Origin: Callorhinchus milii
Lineage: Eukaryota
DNA length: 64,000 bases
NCBI RefSeq assembly: GCF_018977255.1
Contig: NW_024704742.1
Coordinates: 86,182,001-86,246,000 of the forward strand
Direction: 5' to 3'
Position numbers and translations under genes: made by a program. Shown piece after piece: positions 51,699-64,000 of this stretch. Under the pieces are notes generated by a model, which ran no database searches, was not told the origin of the DNA, and was given only the letters and a program-made list of their open reading frames with translations. The stretch's first letter is position 1. Each line of letters starts with the position of its first letter.

Positions 51699-52901
51699 CT
51701 TAAAAAAANCAAATATTGACTCTGCTTAGGTTGTCCACTGAAAGGATTAATACCACAGAAATTCACCGTGATTCCTGTGGTGGTTGCTGAAGTTCTGTAA
51801 TAAGGCTCCAGGAATCTTCCCACAGTTAGCTCCCGAATTGTAGTTCCTTTTATTATTTATGTGGTATGATTTGTGAAATTCACACAATAAAAAAAATACT
51901 GTGGGTGCTCATACATGCTTGAAGCCAACTCACTCGAGCTTGACGAGCTCCGATCTCCTGGGAGCCTTCAACTTCATGGCAAATTTCTTGGCATCCCTGG
52001 TATTCGAGCAACATCCGAATATCCACATGATTCACATTCAATCAATCCCTCTTTATTCTTATATTAGACACCAGTGTGGGTTTTAATGTCTACAGTTGTT
52101 TATTTCCTAGATTAAACATATTTTCAAAGTTAAAATGTTTAAGATTCTTAAAAAGCAACATCTCAGAGGGGACCTTATAGATATACTGTTAATAAAATTC
52201 TAAATGGGATTGAGAAAATCAAACCAGAACAACACTTGAGGAATGCAATGCAGTGGGGAAAAAAAAGGGCACAGGTTCAGGTTTGTGTGGGCAATTTCAG
52301 AACATACACCTCTTTATGCAGAGAGTGAATAATGGCTGGAACAGGTTACCAGGATGGCTGTTTGAGACCAGGATGCTGACTCACTTAATAAACAGCTTAA
52401 AGATGATACTTGCACTGGAAGGTACAGGTCAAATGGACTAAAGGGCCTTTTTCAATTATACCCCCCATGTGTAATGATGCTACACAAAACCAGGCCTGCA
52501 TTACCACAATACGCATGTGTTGTTTGTCAAGGCTGCCTCACTTAATTCTCACATTTAGATCAGTTGTTGTGCTCCTCATGGTGAGGAAGTGCTGAGAATG
52601 TACGACAATTCCACTGACAGCATCAAGCACTCTTAGGTCAGGTAGACCACAACCCCAAAACAGAGTAAATTCACATTTTCAGGCCAGGTTGATTTATTAA
52701 CTGTGAAGTTGCATTTGAAGGGACCGACACTTTTCACCTGCTGAGCAGACAAATAGCGTCTTGTTCAAATTATGCGGTTTAGGAATTTTCCAATCCTTTC
52801 TCATTTTTCCTATTAATATTTCTGTAACATTGGAGAAACAAAGTCCACCTCTAGAATGTAATATTCTTCCACTGCCTTTTTCTTTCCAACTTCTTTTGTA
52901 G

Positions 52902-53150
<249 letters not shown>

Positions 53151-53254
53151 TAGAAAAGATGTAGAATTGTACCAACTTGCAGCCATAAGAGAGAAAACGA
53201 GAGAGAGAGATGGAGAGAAAGAAAGAAGTTATTTTTATAGTGTCATATCTTGTC

Positions 53255-53710
53255 CAGACCAAACTCTGTACCCCTAACTCACCAGTTCTGACCAGGCTCC
53301 ACTAGCTTCCCATCATCGAACGGATCAACTTCAAGATCCTCACTCTCGTGTTCAAATCCATTCATTCCCTGGCACCTCCCTACCTCTCCGACCTCCTCAC
53401 TCCCTAATCCACCACCCGGCACTCCGCTCAACTGGCACCAGCCTCCTTCTTGTTTCTTGCACCCTCCGCTCCACCATTGGAAGTCGCGCATTCAGCTACT
53501 ATGCCCTGAAACTCTAGAACACTCAACCCCTCAGCCTTGCCCTCTCTCCCCTTTTTCAAGTCCCGCCTGAAAGCCTTCCTTTTCAACCATGCTTACGGTC
53601 ACCTCCCTTCCCCACTCCACCACCCCCACTCTGAGTCAGGCTCTGCCATTGTTAAGTGTGCTGAGACGCTACCCTGCATGGATGATGTGATGTAAGTGCA
53701 AGTTGTTGTC
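53255..53710 (+). mobile_element. L2 LINE 3' end, older
   Basis: RINFKILTLVFKSIHSLAPPYLSDLL motif; gttgttgt tail. Confidence 0.78.
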
Positions 53711-53769
53711 AAAGTCTCAAAGTGGGAACCACAATTACTGTCACGAGAAGTGACTTTTTTTTAGGCAAA

Positions 53770-54066
53770 GGCAGCACAAAGCTAGGTTCCACAAACAACC
53801 ATGATATAAATGACCAATTTATCTGGAGGATTTTCTGTGCAAGGAGACCAAGAGAAAGTCCTTTGAATTTTTGAAAGTGATGGGATCTTAACATCCACCT
53901 GAAGGACAGGCAGATGGGCCCTTGTTTTAATGTGTCACCCAGAGGATGGCATCTGTAACAATGTTCCGCACTGAGGTGTAAGTCTAGAGTGTGTCCTTAA
54001 GATCTAACGTGGTACTTGGGCCTACAACCAGAGGCAAGAGGGCCACCAACTGAGCCAAGCTGACAT
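53770..54066 (-). mobile_element. Deu-domain SINE
   Basis: tgggatcttaacatccacctgaaggacaggcagatggg core; head ends actgagccaagctgaca. Confidence 0.62.
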
Positions 54067-54411
54067 ACATACAGAATTATCACCCGTTGCATTTGAGTTT
54101 TGAGGACCACTTCATGCCAATACGAGCATAACTTCAATAGCTTTCCCAGTCTTCTTAGCGAGCCAGACATTACACTCAGCCATCAAAGGTGCGCTCAAGT
54201 ACTGTGAACCTGCCTGGCTGTGGTGTTGAATCACTGAGTTCACTACAAAGATTTTGATTTGTCTCTGTTCCCATTCCTAGACTTCCAATAAAACTGACAG
54301 AATTGGGGTCACAGCAGTATCTCCAGGTCTCTGCACGCTATCACACTCCAGACTCTGCCAGAGTTGTAATTAAATAGCCGTGTGAGTTATGTTCAATGGG
54401 TTGCTTTTCAG

Positions 54412-54536
54412 GGGTCATCCGTCATGTAGGAGATGCGCTGAAGGACCATGCATCAAAATCCCGAGGGAGGATCTGCACAATAGGTATCGCTCCGTGGGGA
54501 ATAGTAGAAAATCAAGAGGATCTGATTGGGAAGGAC
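54412..54536 (+). CDS. TRPM3: TRPM3 coding exon (125 nt, phase 1/0)
   Basis: Acceptor ttgcttttcag and donor GAC|gtaagt. Encodes (G)[41 protein letters not shown]. Confidence 0.97.
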
Positions 54537-55047
54537 GTAAGTACACCTTGTATGTTTTAGTTGATCAATAGAATACTATTCTAATACTATAAAAATTAGC
54601 ACATTGAATTACTGACATCAAAGATCACCCAGCTTTAGGCCAGACACCTAACAATCTTGTTTGTAAGGATCATTTAAAGTCAGTGTGCATGCTGGATATT
54701 CAGGTTCACTCGATCGGATAAATGACATTTACTAAGTGCAACTCGCTAAGAGGAAATCCTGCTGGTAACTGATAATATGTCACAACTCACGGACTTCCCC
54801 CACCCCTGCTCTAAAGCAGTCAGTAAGACATGACTTACTTACTGCTGGATACTGATGAGGTTCTCGAATTGTTTTTGGTGAACCCCAATATCACCCCCAT
54901 AATAACAATATGGGCTGTCTCACTCTTGACAATAAATTATCTCTCTCTTCTTCCTCTCCCATCTCCTCGCCCGTGCCCCTAACCCCACCACCCCCCTCCC
55001 CATTGATGTTAAACCAAATCATTTCAGAGTTCCAGCTATGGATCTAG

Positions 55048-55395
<348 letters not shown>

Positions 55396-55571
55396 TGACT
55401 AATTTTTTTTATTAAAACACACTGAATAACTTGACGGGTGTAAAAAGAAAACTTGCACGCTTTTTTTATAGAGTGTTCTAATCCTACATTTGTGATTGTC
55501 GGGGTTTCAGGATCGTATGTAGGAAATGTAACATTTTGACTTGGCAATTGATTACGTGGAGTTAGCTACGT

Positions 55572-55941
55572 GGAGTCCTGTAGCTTAGTGGTTAGAGCAC
55601 TCGCCTTGCAAGCGAGAGGACCTGGGTTTGCTTCCTGGGCAGGGCAAAACCTTGTTTTCTTACTCCGCAGGCCTTTGTTTACCTAGCAATAAGTAGGAAC
55701 CCAGTTGTTAGCCGATTGGCAGATCGCTTTTCCAGGGGTAGCAATCCCTTAAGAAAATAATAATAATTTGATCGCTCAATCCAGGACTGTTTGTGGGACA
55801 CTGCTGTGCTCAATTTGCTGCTGCATTTTGTCCACAAAAATATACAATCAATTCACTTTACAATATATTCTGTGAAGCGCTTTGAGACATCTCGAAGATG
55901 TGATAAGGCGTTATATCAAATGTAAAGATTGTTACCATTAT
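55572..55941 (+). mobile_element. tRNA-derived SINE, long form, full length
   Basis: Head ggagtcctgtagcttagtggttagagcactcgccttgcaagcgag, central segment and L2-like tail. Confidence 0.85.
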
Positions 55942-57482
55942 TTGGTAATCTTGCTGTCACTGTTGTGTCCAGACCAAACCATTCAAACATAGGGATTACA
56001 GTACAGAAGGAGGCCATTTGGCACATCAAGCTTAAGATGGTGTTTATCCACTGGAACTAACTACAATTCCCTGCTCTTCCCCAGCACATTTATTATAGCT
56101 TATCTTCAAAATTACAATGTCTAAACTGAAGGTTTCCTATTCAATTAATCAGTTTAACCCTTGCACTCCAAGCCCAATTGTTGCTCTGGTTGGAACCAGC
56201 CAATTCAGCATAGAGCTGGGACCAGGGAGATCCATGTTATCCGCAGTGAATCCTCTTTTGGAGCCAGGACTGTGGGTCACAATGTACATCATGTGAAGCA
56301 TTTTGAGACATCCTTTGGACATTGTATCAAGTGAAAGGCGTTATATCAAATTTAAGGATTATTCTTATTACTATTACATTCTTCATGTGCCTGGAATATC
56401 GAGTACCCTTTTCAAATGCAATCACATGGCATTATTGCTGGTGACCGTTACACACTTTCCAACAATCTGTAGAGTAGATATGAGGAAGCACAGTATCGCA
56501 GGGTGAGCAAAGGAAGGGGTGAGTGAGTAAGGCAGCATGGTGGATAGAGTGGGGTGGGGGTGGGGTTGGGGTTGGAAGAGAAAAGACATATCCAAGGTTC
56601 AGGATCGACACTATTTTAGCCAGAAGTCTCTTATCTCAATTAGGAAATAAGAAATTTATGGGCAGGGGAGAGTACAAATTTTCGCCCTTCTTTGGCAGAT
56701 CCAGACCAGAAACGAACTACGAAAAGAATGCTAAAGCACACTGCTTAAAAATACAAGTTGAAAACTGCACTAAAATCAAAACTCAAAATGACATTCAGAA
56801 AGAGTGGAGGCAGCACTCTGGGATGAGGCTGATGCCAACTACTGGCCACTTAGTGCACTGCAGGTGATTCATTGTAAATGTGCATTCCATGTCGTCGTCT
56901 CTCTGCTTGCCCCACACCATCGGGTCTTCAACCTTTCTGCCCCCACCCTTTGGAACTCTCACAGTCCCTTCATATCGGAGGAGGGTGTGGATAGGATGGT
57001 GACTGAAGGCGCAGTCGAAGAGAAAGATCTTGAGATGGGCCTTGAAGTAAGAGGAAGCAAAGGAGGGGCCTCAAGACCTTCCTCTTTGACCGTGCCATCA
57101 GCCACCCTCCTACACCCACCCTCCCTGCCGTCTAACCCCTCCTGATCCCAACTCCTCGCTCAGGTGCACATCCTTGACTGTCCAGTACTTTGGGACATTC
57201 CCCCCAACGTGAAAGGCACTGTACAAATATAATTTGTAGTTAAATGCTCCATCACCCACTCTAGTAAGTCCCAATTACATCAATCTTCCCGTGAAGGAAA
57301 TGTTTTTTTCTCTCTCTCTGCCCTGTTTCTGCTCGTATTGATCTTACTTTAAGCCATTATTGGATTTCTAGAATGTAGAACGTGTTGAAGAATGGCCAGT
57401 TAAATGGACAGAGCATTCTTCAACACTTTCCATGTTTTAGAATCTCGATACTTTATATTTTCTTATTCAGTAATGTGGGAAG

Positions 57483-57849
57483 TAATAATAATAATCCCTA
57501 CATTTGATATAGTACCTTATCAGGTCTTCGAGACGTCTCAAAGCGCTTCACAGAATATACTGTAAAGTGAATTGACTTTATATTTGTAGGTGAAACATGG
57601 CAGCTAATTATGCACAGCAGTGTCCCACAACAGTTGTGGACTAAGTGACCAAATAATATATATTCTTAAGGGATTATTACCCCAGGAAAGCGATATGCCA
57701 ATCGACTAACGACCAGGTTCCTACTTACTGCTAGGTAAATAGAGGCATGTGGAGTATAGAAACTTGCCCAGCATTTTGCCCTGCCGGGAATCGAACCTAG
57801 ATCACTCGCTTGCGAGGTGAGTGCTCTAACCACTGAGCTACAGGACTCC
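57483..57849 (-). mobile_element. tRNA-derived SINE, long form, full length, with TSD
   Basis: Reverse complement of the 55572 copy; aagtaata direct repeat at 57480-57487 and 57851-57858. Confidence 0.88.
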
Positions 57850-59207
57850 CAAGTAATACCGCAAATTAGACCCTAACTTGGTCTTTAGTCATCAGGTTGT
57901 GGCATTAATATACAATAGTTGACTATTTGGCATTGTGGGCAAGGTGAATATGACCGTCATCTGCAACAAACTGATCCCTGTCTATTCCTTTCACAGATTA
58001 AACAGAGCCCAGTGAAAAGACAGCAGCACAGAGTACAGCACCCACACTGGATACTGGCACCAGTGCATTGAGCAGTTCCAACAAGCAGTACATTTAGAGG
58101 AGGGAAAGCACAGGGTGAAGGTCCGCATTCATGAAGGGAAATCAGTGAGTGGTGCTGGTACTGAGAGGTCCCTAGTGAGTGTGAGAGAAGCATCTCACTG
58201 GAAGATAGCAGGGGTCCCATGAGAAGTGTATCACTCAGAGAACTGGGGCTACCTCAGATAAAAGGAAGGAGCTGCAGCAATCCATGGAGTCTAGTATGCA
58301 ATATTGGCAATCCGTATTTGTTTTGTTATTTGGAGCTTTAATTACAGTTTGCGGATGTCGGAAGATGTTTGATTTACATGATACATAAGCAGGAAAGTGC
58401 GAGTCCCAAAAGATGTCAAAGTCCAGAAAAAGGCGGGCCAACAAAATAGAGTCTCCAGGGCAGGGTAGACTAACTCTGTGGCAATGATGTGGACAGTGAG
58501 GGTAGTGTCTTAACACTGCATTTCATGTTGATGTTTCGAGGCCTGAGATTAGGCTTTGAATAAGGCTTTCCACTCCCCAGAGTAAAGGACAATGACAACA
58601 ACTTATATTTATCTAGCGTCTTCCACGCAGGATAGCATCTCGGAACACCGATCAATGGTGCAGTTTGACCTTAACAATTTTCTAAAACAGGGTGTAGGCA
58701 AGCTTGATCCTGTCCTCGCCCCAAATCCACATACATTCACTTCCTGTACATGGTCTCTGGATAATGTGGAGATCCACAGTTCTATTTGGTTACTGCAGAA
58801 ACATGGGTTTCCAACTAAGACTGTATTTAAGACTGTTTTCCCAAACTGAGCACATGCTTCAAATTTATGATAATAGTCTTAAGCCTAACAACATGAGAGA
58901 TTTCAGTCTTGGGGTGAGAATTCTGGCAGAGTTTACCCTACCTTATGGATCAAGAGGCGCTGAGATCAATTGAGACTCCCCAGCTAAGGTCACCTACTTC
59001 AGCACACCTCAGTGATGTGGATCTGCAACCTTCACAATCTGCAAGGTTCAGTCAATCATGAGATAAATGCACTGAGCCACAAGGGGAGGTATAACCTCAG
59101 TTGATCTGCATGGAGCCCAGTTACCAGGCAGCAACGTGCAAGATTCTTTTGCTGTTAATAGAGATTATGTGCACACTAATCATGCAAAACCCTTTGTACT
59201 TCCTCTA

Positions 59208-59452
59208 GAAGTCCCATAGCGTAGTGGTAAGTGCACTCGCCTCAAACCCAAGGAACTGGGTTTGATTCCCAGTTTGGGCGAAACCTTAGGCAAGTTTCCT
59301 TACTCCACGTGCTTCTATTTACCTAGCAGTACAACGAAACAACAACAAAATTACATTTATAGAGCGTCTTTCACGTCGGGAAGACGTCCCAAAGCACTGA
59401 GTAAGTAGGAACCCGGTTGTTAGTCAATTGGCCAATCGCTTTCTAGGGATAA
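59208..59452 (+). mobile_element. tRNA-derived SINE 5' part with a nested reverse L2 tail (about 59332-59399)
   Basis: SINE motif acctagcagtaagtaggaacc is split by caacgaaacaacaac...tttcacgtcgggaagacgtcccaaagcactg, with agta duplicated on both sides. Confidence 0.8.
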
Positions 59453-60109
59453 TGGTTTCTGCCAGTGTGGTTAGCAAGTGATCTGGTCTTCCCGGATAAT
59501 CTTTGACACCAGATTACACTGCTGGCTATCTAAGGGCATGGTTGCTGTGTGGGCAGCAGCTGCCACACTGTAAACAAATTCAAACACCCAGGTGATCACA
59601 TTGTGTGAACAGCCATCTTCAGATACAAAGGACAACCATTATAACATGACAGAGGGTTATGTGAGAGGGCTCTGCCTGTCAAATAGGTGCAGTCATTCAC
59701 ACCCTGTATTTTGAGGGAAGAATTTGGATAAAATATTGATGTCTGGGCAGGTGCTGCCACCGGCTGTTGTCCATCATGATACAGAGTGATTTGGGCCAAA
59801 TGTAGCCTCTGTAACATATCACATTATGCTTAAAATAGATACCAGGTACACAGCAGAAATAGGTCCTGTTGGGGGCTGTTGTGGCTCATCACGTTTGATC
59901 TTGTTTGATCTTTTCTCCAAGGCATGAAACAGTCATTGCTTCCCTGACTCTTCGGAGCCCTTCATCTTCCTGCCCTTCTTCCTCCTCGCCTCACATCCTG
60001 AGGTACACCAGCTGAGCTGGATAGTCAACACGAGCCTGAAAATCATTATAATCTTTGGACTTTCACAATATCTCAATTTTGCATTTCTTGCTATTAAAAC
60101 TTCACCAAC

Positions 60110-60432
60110 TTGTCCATTCCCTCCGCTCTGCAGGCACCGTCCTGCTCCACTTCCCCCACCCTGCCTGTTCCACTATCAGCGGTCAGGCCTTCAGCTTTTC
60201 TGACCCCACCCTCTGGAATTCCATCCCGGAGCCCCTCCGCATCACCCACTTCTTTCAAGGTCTGTCTCAAGATCTTCCTTTTTCGACCACACCTTCGGTC
60301 ATCTTCCCTTCTCCACAACCCCCACTTTCCACCTTTCTCTTATTCCAACCTCCAGCATGGGTCCAGTGCCTTGGGATGTCCTTCCGACGTGAAAGGCACC
60401 ATACAATTGTAACTTTTTGTTACTGTTGTTGT
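60110..60432 (+). mobile_element. L2 LINE 3' end
   Basis: SLRSAG...GQAFSFSDPTLWNSIPEPLR, stem-loop and (gtt)n tail. Confidence 0.8.
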
Positions 60433-61092
60433 TAAAGTCATTAGTTGCTGCCATATGATCAGCTCCGAAGCTCTCAAAATGGCCCACAACAGATGTAACA
60501 GGAATGCTTCCACTGTGCACACGCTGCTGTAGCTTCTGCTCTCTTGGCTTCGAAACACTGCAAAGCAGGAGCATGGCTGCAAAGTCGCTGCAACAGCAGA
60601 GAGAGGAGAAATGCAACAATCAATGTGATTATTATCACAATTCAAGACAATTATCATATGACAGAAAATTCTACCCACTTGATACCTGCCCTCTCCAACC
60701 CCCACCCTCCCCCCGCTAATCTATGTTACAAAAAGGTTGTGCCTGAAATCAATTGTGGCCTCCCTTGGACCTGAGAAGCGCAGAATTTCAGTAACAGTTC
60801 GAGCTTCACTGTTTTCTTTGTAGAGTTCAGCCAATATCCTGTCTCTCCAAAATGTAACTAATACTCTATTAACTCCCAGGCTCACCTGCAGTAAACAACA
60901 CAGAGTTTTGTGCGTATTGGTTAATTTTAACCCTTTAGCAAATTCTGAACAGGCATCAGCTGACCTTTATCATTTGCACCACTTCCTTACTATTTGAGAA
61001 CTAAGCTTTGTAATTTTCCGCATAGCGAATTGCTCAGTAACTCGTGTCTGAGTTGGACGCGAGAAAGCTCTTCACAGATGAGCTGCAACCAT

Positions 61093-61191
61093 CCATGTGA
61101 GTGGCCCATGGGCTTCCCTTTGTCATCCTATGCCTGAAATTATATGAAGGGGGCTGGGAAGGCAAAGGGATGTTCAAGTGTCATCAGTGGC
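61093..61191 (+). ncRNA. MIR204: mir-204 precursor, intronic and sense to TRPM3; 5p mature 61114-61135, 3p about 61153-61173
   Basis: Exact miR-204-5p TTCCCTTTGTCATCCTATGCCT, loop GAAATTATATGAAGGGG and 3p GCTGGGAAGGCAAAGGGATGT. A CNNC motif (CATC) lies at 61191-61194. The location in the intron after the QKINT exon matches the known vertebrate TRPM3/mir-204 arrangement. Confidence 0.98.
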
Positions 61192-64000
61192 ATCGCTTGA
61201 TCGTTCTTCCATTATTAACTGCATCATTGACTGAAGTGTTGGTTTGTGCCTGATTTGCACTTGCACAAGCAATGTTGACTGCATTGTGAATTGTGTCCTC
61301 CAACTCCATTCACACAAAGGGCCATCCACATCTGTTTATCCAATGGAACCAATGTGCAGTGGCCAGATAATCAATTGACCTACTTTCTGACTTTGAACAT
61401 GCTTCCTGTTGGTTTATCTCCCTCTTTTTTATTGTAGCAAGGTTGAGCCAGTGGGCGAGATGAAAAACTGTTTAGGCGAGAGCGTTTTTAAGAAAAACTT
61501 TATTTCTCCAACATTAGCAAATATTTAGATGTGAATTAAATTGCTTCTGAATGACCTTGTCCAATTCTCATTGTTGTGCAGTATAACTAACAATGCATTG
61601 CGGTACTCTAGTAAGCAGACAAAGCAATGCACAAAATATGGACTTCCTACCTGATCCACTATTTTCTATATAACAGGCTACTGTCTTGTGATCCAGGTGC
61701 TTTAACATCAATAGCGGTAAAGTAAAGCATTCTGGAACACCTAACGCCTTAAATTCCACCTAGTCTCGGCCTGATAGATAATTTTGTCTTAACTTAAGTT
61801 CCATAACTTAAATTTGTCTCCAGCATGAATTTTACACAAGAAGTCATTCTCTCGTGAATATTCTTTGTCTAAAAAGTGTATATACTTTGCAAACAAAAAG
61901 TTGCCATCCCTCATTATGTGCATTAATGGTGCTTTATTTAAGGTAGAAATTCTTTATCCACTCATGAAGTACAATGCTAAAAATATTATACGAGAATATA
62001 TAGTATATTAGGAAAAGCAGACTAAACACGTTTTAGACTTGTTCTCCTATCACAAGATGTGTTGATTGTCTGTTAGCTCAAGAATTGATGTTTGTGTTGG
62101 TATCTGTCAATTGCTAAACAACAAAATCCACAACCAATGATTCCGTCCTTGGATAAGGCAATAAACCAAAGTTTATCTGTTCAGATAATTTCCCATGATC
62201 CCATGCCACTATTCGAAAAGATAAGGGAGTTTCTGCTGGTGTCCTGGCCAACAATACCCCAGATGAAATGGGTCATTCACTTCATAGCTGTTTATAGGAT
62301 ATTGGCTGCTGTATTTACCTACAAAATAAACAGTCGCTTCACTTTATAGTAAATTCCATGAAGCATTTTTAGATATCCTCCCAATGTGAAAGTCACCACA
62401 TCAAATGTAACTCGTGAAGTTCTGTAGCATATTGGTTAGAGCACTCACCTCACAAGCAAGAGAACCCGTGTTCAAACAACAAACAACAACTTGCACTTAT
62501 ATAACGCCCTCCACGCTTTACACTGTATTGTGTGAAGTGCTTTCAAACATTTTAAAGACATGATGAGGCACTATATCAAATGCAAAGTTTATTATTATTA
62601 TCCTCTAAAGTGTCTCTTGTCTAGGAATGGCACTGTGGAATAAGGCTGTTAGAGAAGTAGCTGTCTGGCAGTAACGAAACCTTCATTTTTATTGTGCTCA
62701 TTTTTTCCTCCAGCAATGATGGTTTGACAGCTGGTTCAATGTAAGTGACCACCTGATGAATGAAAAGCTATATCTGGTTGCCTTTCACTTACAAAACTCA
62801 CAATAAGCTACCTTTTGTCCTTCTTTCTACCCATTCTGCACCCCCACACATCAATTAAACATTGCGCCCTCTTGGCATTTCTGAGATAGAAACGTATAAA
62901 ACCAACACAGCTGAAATAAAACATAACTCAGGATTGATAACTAAAATATCAAACTCATTATCCCGTAAGCTTTGCCAACACGTCTAAATGCTGCAAATAT
63001 ATGTGCAGTTTATAGCAGATATACACCTAGTGTACAGTATATTCTGTCTAGACGTGTGTCCACTGCTAGTACAATGTACCTCTCTGAGTACCTCAAATCA
63101 TGTAAAAAAACAGCTAACCTTTTTGTTTACTCTTGTGGAATTATTGTTATCAGGTCCAAAATGGCTTGGAATAAACAATGAAACTGTTTCAATGTCTCAC
63201 TGACTGGATTTTAACTAATTTCTTGGTGCTTTCCATTTCTACTGCCCTCCTCGCCCAGGACACTTCCTTGTCACATCTCATCCTGCTTCTGAATCTCTGT
63301 GGCCTTCCTCTGAGCTATTTTTTATCTCACTTATTCTGTTCATGTTCACTTTCCATTACCTGGACCTTTGATTCCTTAATCTCTGTGTGGGCCAGATATT
63401 TGTTTTAGCTTTGTCCTCTTCTCCAGCTCTCATTTATGTCTTTGCTGAGTGTCACTCTTGCTGTCTCTCCAACTCCTCCTTGAGCTGGCTTTGCTACATA
63501 ATGAAGTGGTTCCCAAGTAGGAAAAGACCATAAGGAGAGACAAAGCTAAGATGGAAACTCTGTACAGGGCAAATACCAAAAGGAAGAGTAATTAAAGCAG
63601 ACAGTTGCAGAGGCTGTATACCTGTATATACAGTGAATCTAAAAAGGGGTATGGGAAAAGGACAGATAAATGGGAATGAAAGGATACCTCTTTAAAAAAG
63701 CCAGCACAGACACAACAGGCCGAATGGCCTTCTTCTTGGCATTTCTATGGTCTGAGGGGACAATGCAATGGCATAGGCATGTGGTAGCTGGCCCAAACCA
63801 AGAGATACTGTATTGACATTTATTTATGGTTGTGGAAAAAGCAGCAATGTATATTTCATTGAATATATAAACTATTTCATAAGGGAACTGCACTAACATG
63901 AGCCGGCCACTTGGGAACTCCATCCATGTGTGCGAGGGAGTCCACTTCTCTTATGAAATAATCTCCGTGTTTGAGAATACCACTGTCTACTCCTTTATTG

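Noticed and set aside
51700..51712. Single N in a poly-A run
   Set aside because: Ambiguous base call, not biology.
59920..60003. Ortholog of the mammalian cassette exon (RCLPFFSL...) suggested by an LPFF-coding stretch
   Set aside because: No acceptor/donor pair gives a phase 1/1 open exon in that frame; the similarity is four residues in pyrimidine-rich sequence.
60824..60853. 30-nt phase-1 microexon just upstream of mir-204 (ttttctttgtag...AAAT|gtaact)
   Set aside because: Weak donor and no recognisable homology; cannot be supported without RNA data.

Overview
Vertebrate nuclear DNA. The repeat content suggests a cartilaginous fish (inference). The whole window appears to lie inside the TRPM3 gene on the + strand. 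About 50 kb of a large 5' intron is followed by five canonical GT-AG coding exons (80, 205, 214, 125 and 172 nt) that splice in frame into the N-terminal melastatin homology region. The next intron carries the conserved microRNA mir-204 at about 61.1 kb. The first coding exon(s) and all downstream exons are outside the window. The remainder is dense with retroposons (young and old L2 LINEs, CR1 LINEs, Deu-domain SINEs, and a tRNA-derived SINE sharing its 3' stem-loop with the young L2) plus a few non-autonomous DNA-transposon remnants. Almost all ORF-track entries are repeat-derived or spurious. I see no evidence of a wholly new biological system. The best unexplained items are a 37-bp-stem miRNA-like hairpin in the mir-204 intron, loss of the Met used by short human TRPM3 isoforms, a few candidate alternative exons, homeodomain-motif clusters, and templated duplications at retroposon 5' junctions. 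Repeat boundaries are approximate and family names are from recall, not a database search.
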